Shown here piece by piece: positions 9,434-17,248 of a stretch of DNA of 64,000 nt. A program made the position numbers and the translations under genes. The notes under the pieces are model-generated. The model saw only the letters and a program-made list of their open reading frames with translations, had not been told where the DNA came from and did not search any database. The stretch is from Acidimicrobiales bacterium (GTDB taxonomy: Bacteria; Actinomycetota; Acidimicrobiia; Acidimicrobiales; JBOGIG01): NCBI GenBank assembly GCA_050742455.1, contig JBOGIG010000111.1:3537-67536 (forward strand), in the 5' to 3' direction. Every line of letters begins with the position of its first letter. Position 1 is the first letter of the stretch.

Positions 9434-10438
9434 TCAGGCCTGGGTGGTCTGACCCACAGGGACCGGCACGGTGTTCAACACCTCATTTAGACATTCCTCC
9501 ACTCCTCGATGGTGAGCCCCCCGCAGCGACGCCACCATACGGTGCCCGAGCACGGGCTGAGCCAGCTCCTTGATGTCGTCGGGCACGACGTAGTCGCGCC
9601 CCTGGGCCCAAGCCCACGCCCTGGCCGCACCCTGTAGGGCCAGGCCGGAACGGGGTGACATGCCGAGTGCCAGGCCGGGATGAGCCCGCGTGCCTTGGGC
9701 CAGATCGACCAGGTATTCCTGGATGGTCGGAGCCACGAAAACCGAATGAGCACCCGAGATGAGGTTCGCCACGTCGGCTGAACCGGCCACCGGGGTGAGG
9801 GTTCCCAGGAGGTCTGATCGGCCGTGGGCCTCCAACATGGCCCGCTCTGCAGTTCGGTCGGGGTAGCCCATGGTGATCTGGAGCAGGAAGCGATCAAGCT
9901 GGCTTTCGGGTAGGGGATAGGTCCCCTCGTGCTCGATGGGGTTCTGGGTCGCGATGACCATGAAGGGAGCGGGAAGTCGATAGGTGACCCTGTCGACGGT
10001 TACCTGGCCTTCGCCCATTGCCTCCAACAAGGCCGATTGGGTCTTGGGCGAGGCCCGGTTGATCTCATCGCCGAGAACTATGTTGGCAAAGACCGCCCCG
10101 GGGCGGAACTCGAACGTGCTGGTGGACCGGTTGAAAACATTGACACCGGTGATGTCCGAAGGCAGCAGATCGGGGGTGAACTGGATGCGCTGCCAGTCGC
10201 AGGCGATTGAGGATGCCAAGGCCTTGGCCAGGCTGGTCTTTCCCACTCCGGGAACGTCCTCGATCAACACGTGACCTTGGGCCATCAGACACACCAGGGC
10301 CAGCCGGATGGCATTGTCCTTGCCCTGGATGACCCGAGCCATGTTGGCCACGATGTCCTCGAACAACTCGGTGGCCTTGCGGGCCGGGAGGTTAGAGGCC
10401 GGCCTGCCCGGTGGGGGCGAAGGGAGATGGTTGGGCAC
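9434..10438 (-). CDS. moxR: MoxR-family AAA+ ATPase
   Basis: Walker A VPGVGKT followed by QFTPDLLPSDITG, and the MoxR-typical length. The longest ORF reaches 10546, but its first 36 codons are low complexity. GTG at 10438 is preferred; the start is uncertain. Confidence 0.9.
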   Translation of the reverse strand: MPNHLPSPPPGRPASNLPARKATELFEDIVANMARVIQGKDNAIRLALVCLMAQGHVLIEDVPGVGKTSLAKALASSIACDWQRIQFTPDLLPSDITGVNVFNRSTSTFEFRPGAVFANIVLGDEINRASPKTQSALLEAMGEGQVTVDRVTYRLPAPFMVIATQNPIEHEGTYPLPESQLDRFLLQITMGYPDRTAERAMLEAHGRSDLLGTLTPVAGSADVANLISGAHSVFVAPTIQEYLVDLAQGTRAHPGLALGMSPRSGLALQGAARAWAWAQGRDYVVPDDIKELAQPVLGHRMVASLRGAHHRGVEECLNEVLNTVPVPVGQTTQA

Positions 10439-10544
10439 TGGGCCTCCTTTGGGATGCCCTTGAGATGCTATCGGCCGGAGGGGCCGAAATCGCACCGCCT
10501 GGTGGCGGGTCTGGTCTTGCGTGGGTGGGGTTACCATTGGATCC

Positions 10545-11795
10545 ATGGATGTTCACTATCCGGCCGAAGCACAGGCCTACCGAGAAAAGGTTCAGGCCTT
10601 TCTGGCCGAAAAGCTGCCGTCCGGTTGGAGAGGGATCGGCGCCCTGGGCCGGGATGACGCCACCCGCTTCACCACCGAGTGGCGCAAGGTGCTGCATGAA
10701 CACGGATACCTGGCCGTGTCCTGGCCCAAGGAATATGGCGGGCCTGGGCTCAGCTTGATCGAGCAGGTTGTCCTGGCCGAGGAGTTCACCAAGGCGGGCG
10801 TGCCTCAGGGTGGCCCCAATGACGTGTTCAGCATTCAGATGATCGGCAACACCCTTCTTGCCTGGGGCACCGAGGAGCAAAAGACCAAGTTCCTGCCCCG
10901 CCTGTTATCGGGCCAAGACGTGTGGTGTCAAGGTTATTCCGAGCCCGACGCCGGGTCGGATCTGGCCAACCTGGGATGCAAGGCCCAGCGTGATGGTGAC
11001 GAATGGGTTATCAACGGCCAAAAGATATGGACTTCGGCTGGACACCTGGCCAATTGGATCTTCGTGCTCACCAGGACCGACCCCGACGCTCCCAAGCACC
11101 GGGGCATCTCGTTCCTCTTGGTGCCCATGGACCAGCCCGGTGTTGAGGTGAGGCCTATCCGCATGATGTCGGGGGAGTCCGAGTTCAACGAGGTGTTCTT
11201 CACCGATGCCCGCACCGGGGCGGAGAATGTGGTCGGAGAGGTGAACGGCGGTTGGGCTGTGGCCATGACCCTGCTTGGCTACGAGCGGGGCGAGGCAGCG
11301 GCCACCATGCCCCTGCGCTTCCGCAGCGAGTTGGACCGCTTGATGGATCTGGCCCGTTCTTTGGGCAAGGCGGGTGATCCGCTCATTCGCCAACGCCTGG
11401 CTTGGTGCTACTCCAAGGTCGAGATCATGCGCTACCTGGGCTACCGGTCCCTTACCGGGTTCCTGCGGGGATCGGCCCCTGGGCCAGAAGGATCGATATT
11501 CAAGCTCTTCTGGAGCGAGTACCACAAGGTGGTCACGGAGTTGGCCATGGACATCCTGGGGGCCGCCGCCACCGTCCCGTCCGGTCAGGCCCCGTCGAGC
11601 TCGTTCCAAACAGATGCCGAGGGGGCGCCCAACTCGTCTGCGTCGTGGGCGGGGATATTCCAAAGCGCCCGGGCGGGCACTATCTATGCCGGCACCTCTC
11701 AGGTGCAGCGCAACATATTGGGTGAGATGGTCCTCGGGCTGCCCAAGGAGCCCAAGGCCGACGCCGGAGCCTGGAAAGATGCCGGCCGGCACTGA
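10545..11795 (+). CDS. acyl-CoA dehydrogenase
   Basis: WCQGYSEPDAGSDLANL...NGQKIWTS and C-terminal ACAD motifs are present. ATG at 10545 (MDVHYPAEAQAYREKV) was chosen over the upstream GTG at 10521. Confidence 0.9.
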   Translation: MDVHYPAEAQAYREKVQAFLAEKLPSGWRGIGALGRDDATRFTTEWRKVLHEHGYLAVSWPKEYGGPGLSLIEQVVLAEEFTKAGVPQGGPNDVFSIQMIGNTLLAWGTEEQKTKFLPRLLSGQDVWCQGYSEPDAGSDLANLGCKAQRDGDEWVINGQKIWTSAGHLANWIFVLTRTDPDAPKHRGISFLLVPMDQPGVEVRPIRMMSGESEFNEVFFTDARTGAENVVGEVNGGWAVAMTLLGYERGEAAATMPLRFRSELDRLMDLARSLGKAGDPLIRQRLAWCYSKVEIMRYLGYRSLTGFLRGSAPGPEGSIFKLFWSEYHKVVTELAMDILGAAATVPSGQAPSSSFQTDAEGAPNSSASWAGIFQSARAGTIYAGTSQVQRNILGEMVLGLPKEPKADAGAWKDAGRH

Positions 11796-11804
11796 GCGAG
11801 CCCG

Positions 11805-12104
11805 GTGTCTATCCCGCACGATCATGGTGCCATCGGGCCTCTGAGGGCGCGACCGGGCCTACCGTGGGTGGTAACTGGGGCGTGGGCCTTGGCCCGACGG
11901 CCTGGACTTTGGAGCACGGCGATCATCCAGGTGGGCCGGATGGCCGGACCGGGCTGGTGGCGGCGCCCCCCCTTCTGGCCCGTACCCGATCAGGGGTGGC
12001 TTGGCTTCCGTATGACGACCATCTACGGATCCCCCCAGGCCCGACCGGGCCCCCTAGACCTGATCGATTTCCTGACCTGGTGCCACCGGATGGAAAGACT
12101 TTGA
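11805..12104 (+). CDS. hypothetical small Trp/Pro/Arg-rich protein
   Basis: This is the only plausible frame in a 350-nt gap. It contains WWRRPPFWPVPDQGWLGFRMTTIYG. No function was recognised, and both coding status and start are uncertain. Confidence 0.35.
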   Translation: MSIPHDHGAIGPLRARPGLPWVVTGAWALARRPGLWSTAIIQVGRMAGPGWWRRPPFWPVPDQGWLGFRMTTIYGSPQARPGPLDLIDFLTWCHRMERL

Positions 12105-12143
12105 ACTAATGTCGCTCGGGATGTGGGTGGCTGATCCACGAGG

Positions 12144-12659
12144 TTGATGATGGCCAGAGCGCTCGTCCTCAACGCTTCGTATGAGCCGCTGTGCGTGGTG
12201 GCCACTCGTCGGGCACTCATGCTGGTCCTGTCAAGGAAGGCGGAGACGCTCCACGACACCGGTGGCGCCTTTCGCTCGGCCCGGCTCAGCGTTCCCGAAC
12301 CATCGGTGGTGCGCCTGTGTTATTTCGTCAAGGTGCCATATCAGACCAGGGTCGCCCTCAACCGTCGAGCCGTGTTCGCTCGTGATGATCATCGTTGCCA
12401 GTACTGCGGCAGCCCGGCCGAGAATATCGACCACGTGGTACCTCGCAGCCGGGGGGGCTTGCATACCTGGGACAATGTGGTGGCCGCCTGCCGCCGCTGC
12501 AACACCCGCAAGGAGGACCGTCTGTTGAACGAGATCGGCCTCACCCTGCACCGGCCCCCCAGCCAGCCCCGCCAGCGCACATGGTTGCTGGCAACAGGGG
12601 GCGGATCGGTCCGCTCTGATTGGGAGCCCTACATAGACGTCGGTTATCGGTCGGCCTGA
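12144..12659 (+). CDS. HNH endonuclease family protein
   Basis: CQYCGSPAENIDHVVPRSRGGLHTWDNVVAACRRCNTRK is an HNH/zinc-ribbon motif. Confidence 0.85.
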   Translation: MMMARALVLNASYEPLCVVATRRALMLVLSRKAETLHDTGGAFRSARLSVPEPSVVRLCYFVKVPYQTRVALNRRAVFARDDHRCQYCGSPAENIDHVVPRSRGGLHTWDNVVAACRRCNTRKEDRLLNEIGLTLHRPPSQPRQRTWLLATGGGSVRSDWEPYIDVGYRSA

Positions 12660-12705
12660 CATTCCGACGGACCCGAGGGCGGGCGCCGGGGCGGATATCA
12701 GTGAT

Positions 12706-13344
12706 GTGCTGGGGCGCAGCGTCCCCCCCGATGACCGATCGGTGCTCGTGGGCCGGGTGTCATCGTCGGCCCTGGTTCTCGGCAGTACCCAGCCCGAAGG
12801 CCATGTCGACCACCAAGCCGCACGATCACGGGGAGTGAGAATCCTGCGACGGCGCAGCGGAGGGGGGGCGGTACTGCTCCGACCCGGTGAGGTGGTCTGG
12901 ACCGAGGTGTTCATACCGGCCGACGACCCGCTTGGATGTCGAGATGTCGGACGGGCGTTTTGGTGGCTCGGTGAGGTGTGGCAACAGGCCTTGATGGCTA
13001 TCGGGGCGCAAGAGGTCGAGGTTCACCGGGGTCGGATCGTGTCTACGGCCTGGTCGCCTTGGGCCTGCTTTGCCGGAATGGGTCCAGGTGAGGTCCTCGT
13101 GGCGGGCCGCAAGGTGGTGGGTATGGCCCAGCGCCGGTGGCGGGCCGGATCCCTGTTCCAGTGCGCCGCCCTCATAGGCCATGACCCGGCCTTCACTGCG
13201 GAGTTGTTCGATCTGGATGACTCGTCCCGGCTTGAGCTCTGCGAGCAACTGGGAAGTTTTGCCGCCGGAGTCGGGGACCTTGTCGATCACGACCAACTGG
13301 TCCGGAGCTTCCTCGCCAACCTCAATCTGCGATGGCAGGCCTGA
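12706..13344 (+). CDS. biotin/lipoate A/B protein ligase family protein (LplA/LipB-like)
   Basis: RRRSGGGAVLL and KVVGMAQRR...GSLFQCA resemble BPL/LPL catalytic-domain motifs. The assignment rests on motifs only. Confidence 0.55.
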   Translation: MLGRSVPPDDRSVLVGRVSSSALVLGSTQPEGHVDHQAARSRGVRILRRRSGGGAVLLRPGEVVWTEVFIPADDPLGCRDVGRAFWWLGEVWQQALMAIGAQEVEVHRGRIVSTAWSPWACFAGMGPGEVLVAGRKVVGMAQRRWRAGSLFQCAALIGHDPAFTAELFDLDDSSRLELCEQLGSFAAGVGDLVDHDQLVRSFLANLNLRWQA

Positions 13345-13368
13345 CTCAATCTGCGATGGCAGGCCTGA
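13321..13368. repeat. perfect 24-bp tandem duplication spanning a stop codon
   Basis: CTCAATCTGCGATGGCAGGCCTGA occurs at 13321-13344 (the last 7 codons plus TGA of the upstream ORF) and again at 13345-13368. Confidence 0.95.
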
Positions 13369-13465
13369 ACTGGAGTTCGCGGGCCTGAATGTGCGGTTGG
13401 CTGGTCGAAATTTGTGTCGATAGGCGCGAAATCGTGTCGGACTGCGGGAATTTGCATCGGAAGGG

Positions 13466-13494
13466 TTGACCAATGGTGGGTTGGGGCGTATGGT
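13466..13494 (+). promoter_or_regulatory. putative mraZ/dcw promoter (-35 TTGACC, 17-nt spacer, -10 TATGGT) overlapped by GTGG repeats
   Basis: TTGACC at 13466-13471 and TATGGT at 13489-13494 fit the actinobacterial TTGACN-17-TANNNT pattern, about 60 nt upstream of mraZ. GTGGG (13476), GTGGA (13493) and GTGGT (13503) could be MraZ-box-like elements. Confidence 0.4.
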
Positions 13495-13552
13495 GGAGCG
13501 AAGTGGTGAATAGGGGAGGGGCCCGACGCCACAGGGAGAGACGTGAGCGCAA

Positions 13553-14026
13553 TTGCCGGTGGCCAAGTTCTTCGGGAGGTTCGAGCACTCGCTCGACCTG
13601 AAAGGCAGGGTGATCCTTCCCTCGAAGTTCCGGCCCGAGTTTTTGGAGGACGGCGGCTTTCTGAGCCAGTTTCACGAGGGCTGCCTGGCACTGTGGACGG
13701 CCGAGCAATTCAATCGGGAGATGCAGGTCCGAGAGGAACGAGCGGCCGAGAGCAGGGACCTGCGCAACCTGGCCCGGGTGTGGGCCTCGGGCAGCACGAA
13801 GGTCGACGTGGACAGGCAGGGCCGGATGTTCATTCCTCTCCACTTGCGCGAGTTCGCCGGCCTGGAGTCCGACGTGCTGGTCCATGGGGCCATAGATCGG
13901 GTCGAGCTGTGGTCTCCGGACAACTGGCAAATTCGGATCAAGCCCATGGAGGCTCGCCTGATACACGGTATGGACGAGCAGCACGATGTCGGCCGGCGCC
14001 ACGAAGTGGAGGAAACCTTTTCCTGA
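13553..14026 (+). CDS. mraZ: transcriptional regulator MraZ
   Basis: FFGRFEHSLDLKGRVILPSKFR and a second SpoVT/AbrB-like repeat (DRQGRMFIPLHLRE) are present. The start is TTG at 13553 or GTG at 13559. Confidence 0.9.
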   Translation: MPVAKFFGRFEHSLDLKGRVILPSKFRPEFLEDGGFLSQFHEGCLALWTAEQFNREMQVREERAAESRDLRNLARVWASGSTKVDVDRQGRMFIPLHLREFAGLESDVLVHGAIDRVELWSPDNWQIRIKPMEARLIHGMDEQHDVGRRHEVEETFS

Positions 14027-14031
14027 CCATG

Positions 14032-14135
14032 CGCAGTCCCTCGATCGGATCGGTGGAATGCCCCTACTCCGCCCAGTTCCAACCCCATCGGCCAGGGAAA
14101 TGCCCTGCCGGTACCGGAACGGTCGAGGGACTGCG
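14032..14135 (+). promoter_or_regulatory. structured mraZ-rsmH intergenic RNA element (16-bp closing helix occluding the rsmH SD)
   Basis: 14032-14047 CGCAGTCCCTCGATCG pairs with 14120-14135 CGGTCGAGGGACTGCG (15 Watson-Crick pairs plus 1 G-U). Internal hairpins sit at 14054-14081, 14093-14107 and 14108-14117. The SD-like GAGGGA at 14125-14130 lies in the 3' arm. Confidence 0.45.
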
Positions 14136-14136
14136 G

Positions 14137-15075
14137 ATGAGCCAGGAATTCTCACATACCCCTGTCATGGTCCAAGAGGTGCTCGACCTGCTGGCCACGG
14201 TTCCCCCCGGCCCAGTGATCGATGCCACTGTGGGCGGAGGCGGTCATGCCGCCCGTCTTCTGGGCGCCAATCCGGGAATGACCATCGTCGGGTTGGACCG
14301 CGATGAGACAGCCCTGGAGGCCGCTGCGGGCGTCTTGGTCCCCTTTGGCGCCAGGGCCGTGCTGGTGCGAGCCAACTTTGCCGAGCTGGCCCAAGTGGCC
14401 GCAACCTTCGCCCCCGACGGCGCCAGCGCCGTACTGTTCGACCTCGGCGTGAGCTCTGCCCAGTTCGACCAGGCCGAGAGGGGCTTTTCCTATCGCTTTG
14501 ACGCCCCGCTGGACATGCGGATGGATCGCAGGGGCGAACTCGATGCGGCCCAGGTGGTCAATTCCTGGTCCGTGGCGGAGCTGGCCCGAATATTTGCCGC
14601 CAACGGTGAGGGTCGCTTCGCGCGGCGCATAGCCCTGGCTATCGAGGAAGCCCGTCCGCTGGCGACGACTGGGGAACTGTCCGATGTCGTGCGCGCAGCG
14701 ATACCGGCTCCTGCCCGACGCAAGGGCGGCCACCCGGCCAAGAAGGTCTTTCAAGCCATTCGCATCGCGGTCAATGACGAGTTGAGCATTCTCGGGCCGT
14801 CCCTGGGGGTCGGGGTGGATGCGCTGGTCAAAGGGGGCAGGGCCGTCGTCCTCTCCTACCATTCGGGTGAGGACCGCATCGTCAAGGAGGTGTTCGGGCA
14901 GGCCGTGACCGGGGGGTGCACCTGCCCTGTGCCCCTCGGTTGTGTGTGCGGGGCGGTCGGCCATGCTCGCCATCTCCTCCGGGGCCGGCGGCCCTCTCGC
15001 GAGGAGTTGGCCTCCAACCCCCGGGCCTCCAGTGCCCGGATGCGGGCCATCGAGAAGCTGGCGGTACAGCTGTGA
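14137..15075 (+). CDS. rsmH: 16S rRNA (cytosine1402-N4)-methyltransferase RsmH (MraW)
   Basis: HTPVMVQEVLDLL...DATVGGGGHA...DLGVSSAQFD motifs are present. ATG at 14137 was chosen. The 510-aa ORF from 13543 merely runs through mraZ in another frame. Confidence 0.92.
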   Translation: MSQEFSHTPVMVQEVLDLLATVPPGPVIDATVGGGGHAARLLGANPGMTIVGLDRDETALEAAAGVLVPFGARAVLVRANFAELAQVAATFAPDGASAVLFDLGVSSAQFDQAERGFSYRFDAPLDMRMDRRGELDAAQVVNSWSVAELARIFAANGEGRFARRIALAIEEARPLATTGELSDVVRAAIPAPARRKGGHPAKKVFQAIRIAVNDELSILGPSLGVGVDALVKGGRAVVLSYHSGEDRIVKEVFGQAVTGGCTCPVPLGCVCGAVGHARHLLRGRRPSREELASNPRASSARMRAIEKLAVQL

Positions 15076-15524
15076 CCGCGGCTCGCCCCGCCGACCGGTC
15101 CCGCCTTGCCCGGGCCGCGTCCGGCGCCCCGGCCCATCCGGCCCAGGCCCCGTCGAGGTCGCGCCCCCCTCTGAGGATCCTCGGGGATGACCGGGCCCAA
15201 CTCCGGGCCCGCCGGCGCCGGGCCCGCTTGCTTGTGGTTGCGGGTGGCGCCATGGCCATCATCTGCCTGTTCGGCGTGGTTGTGGCCCATGTCGTGATCA
15301 CCCAGAACCAATTTCGCCTCGACCACATGACGGCCCAGCTGTCCCAGGCCAAGGCGACCCACGACAACCTGAGGTTGGAGGCGGCCACTCTCCAGGCTCC
15401 GGCTCGCATTGTGAGCACGGCCCAGGCTCACGGCATGGTGCGACCCCCAACTCTCACCTATTTGGCCCCCGTTTCTCCTCCGGTGGCAGCCAAGGCCGGA
15501 TCGACAGCAACGACGCGACGTTGA
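15072..15524 (+). CDS. ftsL: FtsL-like cell division protein
   Basis: It sits between rsmH and ftsI. It has a basic N-terminus, a single TM helix (LLVVAGGAMAIICLFGVVVAHVV) and a coiled-coil-like segment. The GTG start overlaps the rsmH stop (GTGA). Confidence 0.6.
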   Translation: MTAARPADRSRLARAASGAPAHPAQAPSRSRPPLRILGDDRAQLRARRRRARLLVVAGGAMAIICLFGVVVAHVVITQNQFRLDHMTAQLSQAKATHDNLRLEAATLQAPARIVSTAQAHGMVRPPTLTYLAPVSPPVAAKAGSTATTRR

Positions 15525-17248
15525 ACCGGGCCGGGGCGCGCCGACCGTCGGTCCGCTACCGGGTGATGGCGGTGTGCATGTGTGCCATCTTCGTCCTGGT
15601 CGGGGCCAAGCTGGCATTCATCCAGGTGTTCCCGGCAACGCGCTATGCCGCCTATGGCGCCTCCCAGCTCCTGCACACCGTCGTAATTCCCGCTCCTCGG
15701 GGTCAGATCCTCGACCGCAACGGGAACGTTCTCGCCATGTCGGCTCCCCAGACGACCGTCGTGGCCGATCCCTACCAGATCACAGATCCCAAAGGCGATG
15801 CCGCGCTGCTGGCCCCCCTGCTCAAGGACACCGCGGCACATCTACAGTCCCTCTTGAGCGAGAACTCCGGATACGTCTACCTCGCCCACCAGGTCGACGA
15901 CGCCACGACCAAGAAGATCAAGGCCCTCAATCTCACCGGGCTGACCTATGAGAACGACCCCCGTCGATTCCAGCCCAACGGCAGCCTGGTCACCAATCTG
16001 ATCGGCACTGTGGGTTGGGATCACCACGGCCAGGCCGGGTTGGAGTACCAATACGATCGGGTCCTGTCGGGCCACGACGGCAAGTCTGTGGTGGAAAAGG
16101 ATCTGGCCGGAGGCGACATTCCCGGCGGCCAGCGCAGCTTCACGCCGGCTCAGCCGGGGCACAGCCTGCAAACGACGATCGATCGCTCCATGCAGTACGC
16201 CACCACCCAGGCCCTGGCGGGCGAGATCACCTCTTCGCATTCCAAGGGTGGAATTGCCGTGGTCATGGATGCCAAAACGGGCGACATCCTGGCCATGGTC
16301 AACCTGGTGGCCGGGGCAAAGGCCGGATCACCTCCGGTGCCGGCCCCGTCCAATTACGCCCTCACCAATGTCTACGAGCCGGGCTCGGTGGCCAAGATCA
16401 CCACCATCTCCGGCGCCCTGCAGGATCATGTGATCACTCCGACTCAACGTTTCACCGTCCCCGACACCATGAACATCGCCGGCACGTTGTTCCATGACGC
16501 CGAGGTGCACCCCACCCAGTCCATGTCCGTTTCGGACATCCTTGCCCAGTCGTCGAACATCGGGACGATCACCATCGCCAAGATGTTGGGCAAGGACCGC
16601 ATCAATCATTACTTGAACGCTTTCGGGTTGGGCCAGCCCACCGGGCTCAACTTCCCGGGTGAATCCCAAGGCCTGCTCATAGATCCCTCCAAATGGTCGG
16701 GGACAGCCATAGGATCGGTTCCGATCGGCCAGGACGAGTCGGTCACGGCGGTGCAGATGCTGGATGCCTATAACACATTGGCCAATGGGGGGATGTTCGT
16801 GGCCCCCCGCCTAATTAGAGCCGTGGTGGCACCCAACGGATCGGTGAGTCCTGCACCGGTGCAGCCCCCTCGCCGGGTCATCGACGCCAGTGTGGCCAAG
16901 GCCGTTACCGGGATGCTCGAACAGGTGGTGAAGAAGGGAACCGGCACGTCGGCGGCCATACCCGGCTATGTGGTGGCAGGCAAGACGGGCACGGCGCAGA
17001 TCCCCAAGACCAACGGCCCCGGCTACCAGCCGGGAGCGTTCATGGCCACCTTCGCCGGGTTCGCCCCGGCCCAGAACCCAGCCCTGTCAGCCATTGTGGT
17101 CCTGGACCAGCCGGCCCAGATATACGGTGGTCTGGTGGCGGCGCCACTGTTTGCAAACGTGGTTCAGTACGGACTGCGCCTCTTCGACGTCCCCCCCTCG
17201 GGCTTACCCGCTCAAGCTACGGTCCGGACCCCGACCGCGCTGCGGTGA
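15521..17248 (+). CDS. ftsI: penicillin-binding protein / peptidoglycan D,D-transpeptidase FtsI
   Basis: It has an N-terminal TM anchor, a PBP dimerisation region and a transpeptidase region (KTGTA motif AGKTGTAQ). The TTG start overlaps the ftsL stop (TTGA). Confidence 0.9.
   Translation: MNRAGARRPSVRYRVMAVCMCAIFVLVGAKLAFIQVFPATRYAAYGASQLLHTVVIPAPRGQILDRNGNVLAMSAPQTTVVADPYQITDPKGDAALLAPLLKDTAAHLQSLLSENSGYVYLAHQVDDATTKKIKALNLTGLTYENDPRRFQPNGSLVTNLIGTVGWDHHGQAGLEYQYDRVLSGHDGKSVVEKDLAGGDIPGGQRSFTPAQPGHSLQTTIDRSMQYATTQALAGEITSSHSKGGIAVVMDAKTGDILAMVNLVAGAKAGSPPVPAPSNYALTNVYEPGSVAKITTISGALQDHVITPTQRFTVPDTMNIAGTLFHDAEVHPTQSMSVSDILAQSSNIGTITIAKMLGKDRINHYLNAFGLGQPTGLNFPGESQGLLIDPSKWSGTAIGSVPIGQDESVTAVQMLDAYNTLANGGMFVAPRLIRAVVAPNGSVSPAPVQPPRRVIDASVAKAVTGMLEQVVKKGTGTSAAIPGYVVAGKTGTAQIPKTNGPGYQPGAFMATFAGFAPAQNPALSAIVVLDQPAQIYGGLVAAPLFANVVQYGLRLFDVPPSGLPAQATVRTPTALR

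Noticed and set aside
10544-10547. CCATGG sites where the longest divergent ORFs start back-to-back on overlapping ATGs: moxR/acyl-CoA dehydrogenase here, and YyaL/SDR at 54051-54054.
   Set aside because: In both cases one partner has a low-complexity N-terminal extension and an in-frame GTG further downstream (10438; 53936) that matches orthologue-like N-termini. The overlap is most likely an ORF-calling artefact.
12144-12659. The HNH endonuclease as a mobile homing endonuclease or defence-system nuclease.
   Set aside because: It is a stand-alone 171-aa HNH protein. It is not inserted in another gene and has no flanking repeats, integrase, methyltransferase, ATPase or other defence partners. 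The composition matches the surrounding DNA.
13543-14136. The N-terminal 198 codons of the 510-aa ORF that contains rsmH.
   Set aside because: This part overlaps mraZ in another frame and is Arg/Gly/Pro-rich. The conserved RsmH sequence begins at ATG 14137 (MSQEFSHTPVMVQEV).
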